DNA of 32,282 nucleotides from an uncultured Gammaproteobacteria bacterium (GTDB lineage: Bacteria; Patescibacteriota; Patescibacteriia; Magasanikbacterales; UBA922): NCBI GenBank assembly GCA_964531615.1, contig CAZHEJ010000004.1:1-32282 (forward strand), given 5' to 3'. Positions 14,460 through 23,711 of the stretch are shown in pieces; within the stretch, counting starts at the first letter, position 1; every line of letters begins with the position of its first letter. Under the pieces are notes generated by a model, which did no database searches, had not been told where the DNA came from, and worked only from the letters and a program-made list of their open reading frames with translations. A program made the position numbers and the translations under genes.

Positions 14460-15932
14460 ATGGTGAAAAAACCGACAATCAATGTTTTGCTGGAAAAAGT
14501 GAAGGAATACAAGCCGGACGCTGATTTGGACCTGATCCGGCTGGTTTATGATTTCGCAGAAAAAGCGCATGAAGGCCAGACTAGAAAAAACGGCGAACCA
14601 TATATCGGGCACCCGCTGGCTGCCGCAATGATTTTAGCTGATATGCGCATTGACCCGGTTATCATCTGCGCAACCCTCCTGCATGATGTTCCGGAAGACA
14701 CTAACATAAGCTTGGAAGAAATAGAAAAAAATTTCGGCAAAGAAATCGCCTCCATGGTAAGAGGCATTACTAAATTGGGGAAATTAAAATACCGCGGCGT
14801 GGAGCGCTACATTGAAAATCTGCGCAAAATGTTTATTGCCATGTCTGAAGATGTTAGGGTGATGATTATCAAATTTGCCGACCGCATACACAATCTTTCA
14901 ACTCTGTCTGCTCTGCCGACGCAAAAACAATACCGCGTAGCCTTGGAAAGCCTGGAAATTTACGCTCCCATCGCCAACCGTTTAGGCATGGGCGAAATGA
15001 AGGGCATGCTGGAAGATTTGTCGTTCCAATATGTTTATCCAAAAGAATATCAGGAAACAAAAAAAATACGCGACGAAAAAATGAGCAATAAAAAAAATTT
15101 CCTGCGCCGGTTGCAGGATACGACCAAGAAAGAGTTGAAAGAAGTCGGTATTGAGGTAATCTCACTTCACGGCCGGGATAAGAGGCTGTACAGCCTTTAT
15201 AAAAAATTGCAGAGAAAAAAAAATGACATTGCCAAAATATATGATTTAGTGGCAATCAGAATAATCGTGCCGACAATTGCCGACTGCTATGCCACGCTTG
15301 GCATTATCCATAAAGTCTGGAGGCCTCTAAAAGGCAGAATTAAGGATTACATCTCCCAGCCAAAGCCGAACGGCTACCAGTCCCTCCATACCACTGTATT
15401 TTGTGAAAACGGTGAAATGGTGGAATTCCAAATCCGCACGCCGGAAATGCAAGAAGAGGCTGAATACGGCGTGGCCGCGCACTGGCATTATGACGAATAC
15501 GGAAGCCGTCTGCCAAAAAAAGAAATAAACTGGGTCAAAGAGCTGGCAGAAATACAAAAAGACCTGCTCAACGGACTGTCAGATCTGGAAGAAATAAAAG
15601 TTGACTTTCTGCAGAATAGAATTTTTGTCTTCACGCCCAAAGGCGATGTTATTGATCTGCCGGAAAGCGCCACGCCCGTTGATTTTGCCTATTATATCCA
15701 CACCAACATTGGCGACAAATGCAGCGGCGCGCTGGTCAATGACCAGCTCACTTCGCTGGACACTGAATTGAAAAACGGCGATGTAGTGGAAATCCTTATT
15801 GATAAAAACCGAAAAGGGCCGGGCCACGACTGGCTGAAATTCGTGCACACGCACACTGCGCGCGAACACATCCGCAATGCTCTCAAACAAAATCGAACTT
15901 CTTTAAACCCTGTGAATTGGTTCAAAAATTAA
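14460..15932 (+). CDS. rel: RelA/SpoT homologue (HD hydrolase, ppGpp synthetase and TGS domains; no ACT domain)
   Basis: HPLAAAMILADM...LLHDVPEDT (HD); RDKRLYSLYKKL...YDLVAIRIIV...GYQSLHTTV (synthetase); IFVFTPKGDVIDLPESATPVDFAYYIHTNIG (TGS). Confidence 0.9.
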   Translation: MVKKPTINVLLEKVKEYKPDADLDLIRLVYDFAEKAHEGQTRKNGEPYIGHPLAAAMILADMRIDPVIICATLLHDVPEDTNISLEEIEKNFGKEIASMVRGITKLGKLKYRGVERYIENLRKMFIAMSEDVRVMIIKFADRIHNLSTLSALPTQKQYRVALESLEIYAPIANRLGMGEMKGMLEDLSFQYVYPKEYQETKKIRDEKMSNKKNFLRRLQDTTKKELKEVGIEVISLHGRDKRLYSLYKKLQRKKNDIAKIYDLVAIRIIVPTIADCYATLGIIHKVWRPLKGRIKDYISQPKPNGYQSLHTTVFCENGEMVEFQIRTPEMQEEAEYGVAAHWHYDEYGSRLPKKEINWVKELAEIQKDLLNGLSDLEEIKVDFLQNRIFVFTPKGDVIDLPESATPVDFAYYIHTNIGDKCSGALVNDQLTSLDTELKNGDVVEILIDKNRKGPGHDWLKFVHTHTAREHIRNALKQNRTSLNPVNWFKN

Positions 15933-16147
15933 GTAAGTTCGCGCAGAATCCTCTGCAATTCTTCTGAAGAAAAATAAGCGATAGTAATTGTGCCCTTGCC
16001 GCCGCGCTGGGTAATGTGGACTTTTGTGCCCAAACGCTCTTCCAGCAGCTGTTCTGAAGCAAGCAGATTCGGATCTTTGCGCACCGAGCCCTTGCGCGAA
16101 CTCACAGGCTTGCGGGAAATGACATCTTCCACATCGCGCACGCTCAT
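15929..16147 (-). CDS. parB: ParB C-terminal segment encoded as a separate frame (72 aa from MSVRDVE...)
   Basis: MSVRDVEDVISRK...LEERLGTKVHITQRGGKGTITIAYFSSEELQRILRELT is the typical ParB C-terminal dimerisation region. ATG 16145-16147 overlaps the stop of the upstream piece (ATGA) and has GGGAGAG upstream. The track ORF starts at 16162. Confidence 0.7.
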   Translation of the reverse strand: MSVRDVEDVISRKPVSSRKGSVRKDPNLLASEQLLEERLGTKVHITQRGGKGTITIAYFSSEELQRILRELT

Positions 16148-16785
16148 TTTCTCTCCCAGCATGCTTTAAAAACTTCTTTTTGCTCGTTTTCGTTTTTTAA
16201 ACTCAATAGCGCTTTTGCCTGGCCAGCGCTGATTTTTCCATCAGCCAAAGCCCGCTGAATAATTTCCGGCAGGCCGAGCAGGCGCACCATATTGGCAATT
16301 GTGGAACGGTTTTTGCCAACCTGTTCAGCAACATCTTCCTGTGTGAGGTTAAATTCATCAATCAATCGCTGGAAAGCAAAGGCTTGTTCAATAGGGTTTA
16401 AATCCTGCCTCTGTATATTTTCTATTAAAGCCAGTTCCAGCCTTTCCTGCTGGGTAGCGCTCCTGACCAAAGCCGGGACTGTTGCCAAGCCGGCAATCTG
16501 CGCAGCGCGGAAACGTCGTTCGCCGACTATCAACTCATACCCGCCATCCTCTTTTTCAGTCACCACCAAAGGCTGCAAGATGCCGTGCTTTTTAACAGAA
16601 GCGACCAGACCCGCCATTTCTTCGTGTGAAAAACTTTTTCGAGGCTGTTCTGAATTAGGAACAATTTCTGAAATTTGAAGCTGCCAGATTTTATCGCCGT
16701 TTTCGGCAATTCCTGTCTCTTTTCTGATTATTTTTCTAATGCCTGATACAGGCAAAAGCGAACTTAGGCCTTTTCCTAAAACCAT
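16144..16785 (-). CDS. parB: ParB N-terminal and HTH portion (213 aa), ending prematurely relative to full-length ParB
   Basis: GILQPLVV, IVGERRFRAA, LIENIQRQDLNPIE, and the HTH LTQEDVAEQVGKNRSTIANMVRLL. Stops after ...EQKEVFKACWERK. Confidence 0.85.
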   Translation of the reverse strand: MVLGKGLSSLLPVSGIRKIIRKETGIAENGDKIWQLQISEIVPNSEQPRKSFSHEEMAGLVASVKKHGILQPLVVTEKEDGGYELIVGERRFRAAQIAGLATVPALVRSATQQERLELALIENIQRQDLNPIEQAFAFQRLIDEFNLTQEDVAEQVGKNRSTIANMVRLLGLPEIIQRALADGKISAGQAKALLSLKNENEQKEVFKACWERK

Positions 16786-16789
16786 AAAA

Positions 16790-17563
16790 TTAATTAATCT
16801 TATTATGCTTGTCTAAAATTTCCCGCGCCAGCCGTTCATAGGCAGAAGCGCCCTTGCCTGACGGCTCGTAATGGAAAATTGACTGGCCAAAACTTGGCGC
16901 TTCAGCCAGGCGCACTGTCCGCGGAATGACGGTGCGGAAAATAGTGTTGGGGAAATACTGATATAACTCATTCATTATTTCCTCGGACAAACGGGTGCGT
17001 TTGTCAAACATTGTTATTACCGCTCCCATTATCTTTAATTCCGGCTTGATGTGGGTCTGCACTAAATTAATTGTCTGTAAAAGCTGTCCCAGCCCTTCCA
17101 GAGCATAATATTCAGCCTGAACTGGTATTAAAAGTTCATCAGCAGCCACTAAACTGTTGACTGTTAAAAGCCCGAGTGAAGGCGGGCAGTCAATAATAAT
17201 ATAATCATAGGCATGGCTTACTTCAGCCAGCATATCAGCCAGCTGATGCTCGCGCCTTTCCATATCCACCAACTCAATATTGGCGCCTGCCAGATCAGCA
17301 GTAGCCGGGGCTATGCGCAGGCCCTCGTGCGCAGTATTCCTGATAATATCATGAAGGCGCTTCTGCTTGGCCAAAGCTTCGTAAACTCCGCCTTCTATTT
17401 TATCTCGGCTTAGGCCCAGCCCGCTGGAAGCATTGGCCTGCGGGTCCATATCCACCAGCAGGACAAATTTTCCGAGTTCAGCTAAAAAAGCAGCCAGATT
17501 CATGGCCGTGGTTGTCTTCCCTACTCCGCCTTTTTGATTAACAATGGAAATTATTCTACCCAT
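16790..17563 (-). CDS. parA: ParA/Soj chromosome-partitioning ATPase
   Basis: Start moved from 17686 to ATG 17561-17563 (MGRIISIVNQKGGVGKTTTAMNLAAFLA). The longer ORF overlaps tRNA-Leu and its promoter. Confidence 0.9.
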   Translation of the reverse strand: MGRIISIVNQKGGVGKTTTAMNLAAFLAELGKFVLLVDMDPQANASSGLGLSRDKIEGGVYEALAKQKRLHDIIRNTAHEGLRIAPATADLAGANIELVDMERREHQLADMLAEVSHAYDYIIIDCPPSLGLLTVNSLVAADELLIPVQAEYYALEGLGQLLQTINLVQTHIKPELKIMGAVITMFDKRTRLSEEIMNELYQYFPNTIFRTVIPRTVRLAEAPSFGQSIFHYEPSGKGASAYERLAREILDKHNKIN

Positions 17564-17569
17564 GGCAGT

Positions 17570-17578
17570 ATTATACCA
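17570..17578 (-). promoter_or_regulatory. Extended -10 (TGGTATAAT) placed for a leaderless parA mRNA
   Basis: Minus strand TGG-TATAAT, then 6 nt (actgcc) to the ATG. No SD. Confidence 0.4.
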
Positions 17579-17583
17579 TAAAA

Positions 17584-17612
17584 TTGACAAAAAGATAAAT
17601 ATTGTGTATAAT
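17584..17612 (+). promoter_or_regulatory. Consensus sigma70 promoter of tRNA-Leu
   Basis: TTGACA (17584-17589), 17 nt, TATAAT (17607-17612), preceded by TGTG. The tRNA starts 15 nt later. Confidence 0.7.
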
Positions 17613-17627
17613 GCACCCACTCTTAAA

Positions 17628-17714
<87 letters not shown>

Positions 17715-17785
17715 GCGAGGAATTTTGGGCGAAAAAATCAGTTGGCGATTTTGTTCGGGGAAAAGAAAATTTTTTCACTTTATAT

Positions 17786-18814
17786 ATGTCATTAAAAGAT
17801 AATTTCAAAAAATATTTTTCTAAAAAGCGTCATATTGCTGCCGTTATTGTTATTGTTGTTTTGTTAACAATCATTGGGCTAAACAATTATTTGCCAATTG
17901 GACAGGGTAATTATAATCAAAAACAAATTGATAAAATTCATTCTTCCGCGCCCCCCGGCCGCTTCAGCTTTACCGTGCTCGGCGATAATAAAAATAGCTT
18001 TAAAATATTTAACAAAATCCTGAAAGACATTGATAATAATCACTATGCTTTTGCCATTGATGTCGGGGATTTGGTGTATGACGGCGAAAAAGCGAAATAC
18101 AGGATTTTTTACAATATGATAAAAAACGAGCAGACGCCATTTTTGGTCGCGGTTGGCAATCATGATATCCGAGAAGGCGGGGCGGAAAACTATTTTGATA
18201 TTTTTGGCAAATTTTATTATTCATTTGATTACGATAATTCCTTGTTTATTGTTTTAGACGATGCCAACGAAGATAAAATTGACGCGGTGCAAATGAAATG
18301 GTTGGAGGAACAATTGCAGAAAAACTATCAGCATAAATTTGTCTTTTTACATGTGCCAGCTTTTGACCCCCGTCCCGACACCAATCATTCCTTATCTGAT
18401 AAACAGAACGCTCAAGAATTTATTAATTTAATGGAAAAGTATAAAGTTGATACTGTTTTTGCTTCCCATATTCATGCTTATTTTGATGAAATAAAGAACG
18501 GAATAAATTATGTCATCACCGGCGGTGCTGGTTCAGAATTATGGGGGATTGACGCCGACCATTATTTTAATCATTATATTAAAGTAGAAGTTGACAGCGA
18601 CAAAATTATCAAAGAGGTTATCAGATTTCCATCCGTTGATTATAATTGGTTTGATAGATTCTTTTATAATATTTGGACTTATGTCAATGGTTTTTGGGTA
18701 ACGCATAAATTATTTGTAATTTTACTTTTGATAATTTTTATACTGTTGATTGATGTATCTTTTGGCAAGGTTAAAAATTATTTGAAAGAATTTGCCGCCA
18801 AAAGAAAGACTTGA
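17786..18814 (+). CDS. Membrane-anchored calcineurin-like metallophosphoesterase
   Basis: Start moved to MSLKDNFKKYF because the longer ORF overlaps tRNA-Leu. Motifs VLGDNKN, DVGDLVYDG, AVGNHD, FLHVP, ASHIHAY. TM segments at both the N- and C-terminus. Confidence 0.8.
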   Translation: MSLKDNFKKYFSKKRHIAAVIVIVVLLTIIGLNNYLPIGQGNYNQKQIDKIHSSAPPGRFSFTVLGDNKNSFKIFNKILKDIDNNHYAFAIDVGDLVYDGEKAKYRIFYNMIKNEQTPFLVAVGNHDIREGGAENYFDIFGKFYYSFDYDNSLFIVLDDANEDKIDAVQMKWLEEQLQKNYQHKFVFLHVPAFDPRPDTNHSLSDKQNAQEFINLMEKYKVDTVFASHIHAYFDEIKNGINYVITGGAGSELWGIDADHYFNHYIKVEVDSDKIIKEVIRFPSVDYNWFDRFFYNIWTYVNGFWVTHKLFVILLLIIFILLIDVSFGKVKNYLKEFAAKRKT

Positions 18815-18823
18815 AATTGTCAT

Positions 18824-19789
18824 ATGAAAACTTTTTTTGACATTCTTACCGCCATTTGCTTGATAATAACTGCTCTGCCAGCGGTTATTTTGTTATGGCA
18901 TCGGAAAGGCCTGAAACCCTGCTGGGAAACCAGGCATAAAAAATTTTCATTCTGGCTATCAATAATTCTGCTTCTTGGAACAGCCACTGTATTGTACGGC
19001 AGTTTTATTGAGCCGAGATTATTAATTGTAAACTACCAAACAATTGAGCTGGAAAAAATTGGCCAGCCGATCAAGATTGCTTTTGTGGCTGACACGCAAG
19101 TTGGTAAATACAAACAGGCTGAATTTATTAAAAAATTGGTGCAGAAAATAATAGAATTAAAGCCTGACATGGTATTACTGGGCGGAGACCAGATTGACAA
19201 TGAAATTTATGATCCGCGGGAATTATCCTATCTGGAACCGCTGAAAGAACTGGCGCAAAAAATACCAGTCTATGCGGTTAATGGAAATCATGAATACGGA
19301 ATCTGCTGGGATGATTCTGAAAAAAATACAAAATATTCCGGCGCTGACATGAGTCTGGAAACAAAAAAAGCCATGGAAGGGCTCAGCATCAATTATCTAG
19401 TTAATGAAATTGAAAAAATTAATCTAAACGGCCAGGAATTTTATTTGTTCGGCGCTGATGAATATTGGGCTAAAAAAATGGATTTCAAACCGATTCTGCA
19501 AATCAAAGATGATTTGCCGATTATTGCGCTCATCCACAACCCCGGATTTATGGAAATCGCCCACCCAATGGCTGATTTATTTTTGTGCGGGCACACCCAC
19601 GGCGGACAGGTCCGCCTGCCATTCATCGGGCCGATAATGAATTCCAATGATAACCTGCCTAAAAAATATTACCAGGGCCTGCATGATTATTTGGGAGCAA
19701 AAATATTCATAACCAGCGGGGCTGGCGAAACCGGCGCCCGCGCCCGCCTCTTCAACCCGCCGGAGATTGTGCTTTTGACGATAAAATAA
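18824..19789 (+). CDS. Membrane-anchored metallophosphoesterase (YkuE/YaeI-like)
   Basis: Two N-terminal TM helices, then FVADTQVG, LGGDQID, NGNHE, LIHNP, CGHTHGGQ. Confidence 0.8.
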   Translation: MKTFFDILTAICLIITALPAVILLWHRKGLKPCWETRHKKFSFWLSIILLLGTATVLYGSFIEPRLLIVNYQTIELEKIGQPIKIAFVADTQVGKYKQAEFIKKLVQKIIELKPDMVLLGGDQIDNEIYDPRELSYLEPLKELAQKIPVYAVNGNHEYGICWDDSEKNTKYSGADMSLETKKAMEGLSINYLVNEIEKINLNGQEFYLFGADEYWAKKMDFKPILQIKDDLPIIALIHNPGFMEIAHPMADLFLCGHTHGGQVRLPFIGPIMNSNDNLPKKYYQGLHDYLGAKIFITSGAGETGARARLFNPPEIVLLTIK

Positions 19790-19790
19790 T

Positions 19791-20816
19791 TCACTCCGGC
19801 CATTCATAGCTCTTAAACACCCACTCTGCCACATCCCTGGCTTCTGTAAACCGCGCTTCATGGCTGTTGGCGCCCAAAATAATAACATTGATAAAATGGC
19901 CTTTGCCATCCCCGACTTGCATTATGAAATTATACCCGGAAGCCGAAATATAGCCGGTTTTACCTCCGCGCATTTCCGGCAATTGATTAGGAATCCAGCC
20001 AAGCAAAAGCCAGTTAGTGCTCCAAAAATGATGATTGGCATTCCTCTGTGCAGAATAAAGATTGTATTCTTTGGTCATCAGCGCAGTCCAAATTCTTTTT
20101 TTCTGCAATGCCTCCTGCAAAAGAATTGACAAATCAGACGCTGAAGAGACATTTGTTTCATCCAAGCCGGAAGAGTCAGTAAAAACAGTTTCCATCATGC
20201 CAAGCTCCCGCGCTTTTTGGTTCATCCGTTCAACAAAAACGTTTTGTTCAAAGCCTAAAGCATTAACCAGGGATAAAATCGCTTTGTTTGATGAGCCTAT
20301 CAAAGCTGTGTGCCACAAATCCTCCAAAGTATAAACATCGCCGGCGTAAACATGCGTATCAAGCGAATCTTCCCCGATGACTGTGGTAGTGGCTGGCCAG
20401 TTTGGACGGTGTTCTAAAATTATCAATGCGCTCATCAGCTTGGTCAGGCTGGCAATCGGCCTGGCAGAATACTCATTTTTGCGGAATAAAACAGCCCCGG
20501 TTTTTACATCTTTGGCAAAAATGCTTCCAGCGCTGAATTTCGCGCTGTCCAGCATTTCGCCTTTTAATTCGGGGAATTTCGGCTTAACTTCTGCCGGCGG
20601 AGAGACCTGCACATCGCCGCCGCGATTAAGCTGGCTGGCTGTTATTTCCAAAGGCTTGATTATTTTGCTGACTAAAACTTCATTTTGTTTCGGCAAATCA
20701 AAATTTGACAAATAAAAAGCGCCAAAACACATGCTGACAGCAAAAACCGCCAGCCATTTCCGCCACTTGCCGCCCCTATCGTTGAATGGATTGTTGTCTA
20801 AAAAATTTCCGTCCAT
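19791..20816 (-). CDS. Serine-type D-Ala-D-Ala carboxypeptidase (S11, PBP5/6-like)
   Basis: N-terminal TM anchor, SxxK (ASLTK), SxN (GSSNKA), KTG (GGKTGYI). Confidence 0.85.
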   Translation of the reverse strand: MDGNFLDNNPFNDRGGKWRKWLAVFAVSMCFGAFYLSNFDLPKQNEVLVSKIIKPLEITASQLNRGGDVQVSPPAEVKPKFPELKGEMLDSAKFSAGSIFAKDVKTGAVLFRKNEYSARPIASLTKLMSALIILEHRPNWPATTTVIGEDSLDTHVYAGDVYTLEDLWHTALIGSSNKAILSLVNALGFEQNVFVERMNQKARELGMMETVFTDSSGLDETNVSSASDLSILLQEALQKKRIWTALMTKEYNLYSAQRNANHHFWSTNWLLLGWIPNQLPEMRGGKTGYISASGYNFIMQVGDGKGHFINVIILGANSHEARFTEARDVAEWVFKSYEWPE

Positions 20817-20818
20817 AA

Positions 20819-21367
20819 TCAGCTTTCAATAGATGTCTTTTTAAGAATATTTTCTATAAATTCGTGATGGTGGATTTTTTCATATTCCGGCAGGTCGGCC
20901 GCGCTATCCACTCCCAAATGCCTCAAGGCTTCAAAAGACAGGGAAAAAGTGGGGAGAAATTTGCCTTCTTCTTCTTTTTCTTCTACCAGCCCGCGGATGA
21001 GCAGATTGCGCAGAATTATGGCGCAATTCACTCCGCGTATCTGCTCCAGCTCCGGCCGGGTAATCGGCCCGCGATAGGCAATGACTGTCAAAGTTTCCAG
21101 CTGGGCCCTGGTGAGTTCTCCGCTTGCTTCTTCTTTTATAAATAAATCAACAGCTTGGCTGTTAAGCGGGTTGGTTGACATCTGGACTTGGGCGTCTATT
21201 TCCAAGATGCGGATTCCTGACTCCACCCTGTTGTATTTTAGCTTCAATTCTTCAACCGCTGATTTTATTTCAGATTCTTTCTGCTGCGTCGCTTTAGCGA
21301 TTTCTTTGTGCGAGAGGGGCTTTGAAGCGACAAATAAGATTGATTCTATTTGCGACGGTAAAAACAT
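20819..21367 (-). CDS. scpB: Segregation and condensation protein B
   Basis: ESILFVASKPLSHKEIAKAT...LETLTVIAYRGPITRPELEQIRGV. Confidence 0.9.
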   Translation of the reverse strand: MFLPSQIESILFVASKPLSHKEIAKATQQKESEIKSAVEELKLKYNRVESGIRILEIDAQVQMSTNPLNSQAVDLFIKEEASGELTRAQLETLTVIAYRGPITRPELEQIRGVNCAIILRNLLIRGLVEEKEEEGKFLPTFSLSFEALRHLGVDSAADLPEYEKIHHHEFIENILKKTSIES

Positions 21368-21368
21368 A

Positions 21369-22058
21369 TTAAGTTTTTTCTATGACAATGTCATTAAATG
21401 ATTGTTTTTGCTTTAAAAATACCGCTTTCTGCTTGACTAATTCCAGCAAAGCCAAAAAACCAATGATTACTTCAGTGCGGCTCTGGCTGTCCTGCAAAAC
21501 AGCAGAAAAATTAACCGCTCCTCCGCCTGACAGCAGTGCCCTGATTTGGTTGATTTTTTCTTCCAGAGAAACAGTCTTGTCAATGTGCGTCTGCGGCAAC
21601 GGCTTGAGTGGCTGAATGCGCTGGAGCAATTTTACCATGCTCTCCCTCATTGATTCCAGAGCTAAATTTTCCGGCGGTATAAATTCCTTGCGCTTTCTTG
21701 GCGGCTCAATCCTGAACACAGCCCGTTTGTTTTCCTGCCAAGCCTGATGGATTTTACGGCTGGCTTCAATAAAAACTTTATACAAGCGCAACTGCTCTTC
21801 CAGGCTAGAGCCTCCCTCTTCTTCTATATCCATTTGCGGCAAAAGCTTTTTTGACTTTAACAGCAAAAGGCGCGCGGCGATTAATAAAAAATCAGCCAAT
21901 TCTTCCGGCTTCCGGTTTTCTATCTGGTTTAAATAATTTAAATATTGTTCAGTGACTGCTGACAAGGAAACTTCGGAAATATCCAGCTTTTCTTCATCAA
22001 TCAAACTAAGCAGCAAATCCAGCGGTCCGGAAAATTGTTCTAACTGAAAATTTTTCAT
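21369..22058 (-). CDS. scpA: Segregation and condensation protein A
   Basis: FSGPLDLLLSLIDEEKLDISEVSLSAVTEQYLNYL...FLALLELVKQK. Confidence 0.9.
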   Translation of the reverse strand: MKNFQLEQFSGPLDLLLSLIDEEKLDISEVSLSAVTEQYLNYLNQIENRKPEELADFLLIAARLLLLKSKKLLPQMDIEEEGGSSLEEQLRLYKVFIEASRKIHQAWQENKRAVFRIEPPRKRKEFIPPENLALESMRESMVKLLQRIQPLKPLPQTHIDKTVSLEEKINQIRALLSGGGAVNFSAVLQDSQSRTEVIIGFLALLELVKQKAVFLKQKQSFNDIVIEKT

Positions 22059-22064
22059 GAAAAA

Positions 22065-22364
22065 TTATTTTAACGGCAGTTTCCCCTGTTTTTCTTTCAG
22101 TAAATTTTGGCTAACTTTAGCGCCTTTTTGAGTTAATTTCACATGGGTTATAAACCATTTATGGGGCGTACGCCTGCCATAGCCCACAATAAGCTCTTTA
22201 TCAATCAGACGCTCTAAACTCTTAGTAATAATCCCCTCTTGATATTTTTCAGATGGCTTTTTTTGTTGTTTAACGTAAAACTGACGTAAAAACTTACGCT
22301 CCACTTTTCCTCCTCTTTCCAAGCATAAAAGCAGAATAGATTTTTGGAGAGAACTCAATAACAT
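22065..22364 (-). CDS. Small basic protein, possibly a winged-helix DNA binder
   Basis: 99-aa K/R-rich ORF that overlaps the aspS stop by 10 nt and sits 6 nt upstream of scpA. No family recognised. Confidence 0.55.
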   Translation of the reverse strand: MLLSSLQKSILLLCLERGGKVERKFLRQFYVKQQKKPSEKYQEGIITKSLERLIDKELIVGYGRRTPHKWFITHVKLTQKGAKVSQNLLKEKQGKLPLK

Positions 22365-23689
22365 AATTGCAAATCAATGCGGTTCATATCGCGCGGGAAA
22401 AGCGTAGCTTCTTTGATATTTTCAATTCCCAAAAGTTTGGCAGTTAAGCGCTCCAAACCGATTGCCAGCCCGCCCTCCGGAGGCATTCCGTATTTAAACG
22501 CTTCCAGATAAAATGAAAAATTTTCCGGCTTTAGCCCCCATTTTTTGATATTGGAAACCAATTGCTCGTAATTATTAATGCGCTGTCCGCCGGTTGTGAT
22601 TTCCACTCCGCGGAAAAGCAGGTCAAAACCCTTGGTATAATCCGGATCTGCCTCATCAGGATATGTATACATTGGCCGTTTCTTAGTTGGATAATGGGTG
22701 ATGAAAACAAAATCAGAATCATCCTTCTTTTTAATGTAATCGCTGATAAACTGCTCTTCATTCGGCTCCAGATCAGGCTCTTCAGTGTGATCCACGCCAG
22801 TTTCTTTTTTAACTATTTTCTGCACTTCGCGGAGCTTCAAAGAAGGAATTGTTTTAGGAACTTTTGGCAAATCAACCCTAAGTAATTTCAATTCTTTAGC
22901 GCATTTTCCTTTCAAATGCTCCATTAAATATCTTAAAAATTCTGTTTCCACTGCCATTACATCTGTATGGTCTTTAATAAAACCCATTTCAAAATCCAAG
23001 CTGGTGTATTCGTTCAAATGGCGGGTGGTGGCATGCTCTTCTGCGCGGTAAACATTGCCCACGCAGAACACGCGCTCAAAAATTCCCACCATTATCTGCT
23101 TGTAAAACTGCGGGCTTTGCGCCAGAAAGGCCTGATGTTCAAAATATTTAACTTTAAAAACATTGGCTCCGCCTTCAGTTGAAGAGCCGACGATTTTCGG
23201 CGCCTGGAATTCTGTAAAGCCCTCGCCACGCAAAAACGCCCTAAAGGCCTCAACAATTTCAGCCTGAATTGTAAAAACCGCCTGCTTTTTCTGCGTGCGC
23301 AGAGTTATCGGCAAATGGTCCAGATAAACATCAAGCCCGATTTTCTCATCTCCCAAATCTAATGGCAATGACTCTGCTTCTGCCAAAATTTTGAAATTTT
23401 TCGCCAAAAGCTCAATTTCGCCGGTCGCCAAATCCGAATTGACGTTCTTTGCCCCGCGCTTGTTCACGATCCCGCTGATTTGCGCCACAAATTCTCCGCG
23501 CACTTTTTTCGCTTCTTCATAATCATCACCCAATTCTGTTGGCGCGCAGACAACCTGAATCAGGCCTGTCCGGTCGCGGATATCAAGAAAAATAATCTTG
23601 CCCAAATTCCGCCTTGTCTGCACCCAGCCCTGAATCAAAACCCCCTTCCCAACCTGTGAAATTGTGTCTGAAATAAGTGTTCTTTGCAT
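22355..23689 (-). CDS. aspS: Aspartyl-tRNA synthetase, archaeal/eukaryotic (type 2) form
   Basis: 444 aa, lacking the bacterial GAD insertion. OB fold (VLIQGWVQTRRNLGKIIFLDIRDRTG) and class II motifs (FRAEEHATTRHLNEYTSLDFE, GGLAIGLERL). Confidence 0.9.
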   Translation of the reverse strand: MQRTLISDTISQVGKGVLIQGWVQTRRNLGKIIFLDIRDRTGLIQVVCAPTELGDDYEEAKKVRGEFVAQISGIVNKRGAKNVNSDLATGEIELLAKNFKILAEAESLPLDLGDEKIGLDVYLDHLPITLRTQKKQAVFTIQAEIVEAFRAFLRGEGFTEFQAPKIVGSSTEGGANVFKVKYFEHQAFLAQSPQFYKQIMVGIFERVFCVGNVYRAEEHATTRHLNEYTSLDFEMGFIKDHTDVMAVETEFLRYLMEHLKGKCAKELKLLRVDLPKVPKTIPSLKLREVQKIVKKETGVDHTEEPDLEPNEEQFISDYIKKKDDSDFVFITHYPTKKRPMYTYPDEADPDYTKGFDLLFRGVEITTGGQRINNYEQLVSNIKKWGLKPENFSFYLEAFKYGMPPEGGLAIGLERLTAKLLGIENIKEATLFPRDMNRIDLQLCY

Positions 23690-23711
23690 AATATGCTACA
23701 TGTTATATGCC

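Noticed and set aside
15929-15932. 4-nt convergent overlap of the rel and parB stop codons as a regulatory feature
   Set aside because: This is common in compact genomes. No hairpin or other signal is present, so I note it only as the absence of a terminator between convergent genes.
16144-16162. Programmed -1 ribosomal frameshift in parB
   Set aside because: No X XXY YYZ slippery heptamer lies in the zero frame (gtt ttt aaa gca tgc), and I found no downstream pseudoknot. An indel or a genuine split with ATGA coupling explains it more simply.
19606-19625. ggcggacaggtccgcc hairpin in the second metallophosphoesterase as another in-frame copy of the CCGCC/GGCGG mini-hairpin
   Set aside because: It encodes the genuinely conserved GHTHGGQ(V) active-site motif of this enzyme family, so the resemblance (ggcggaca) is most simply coding constraint.
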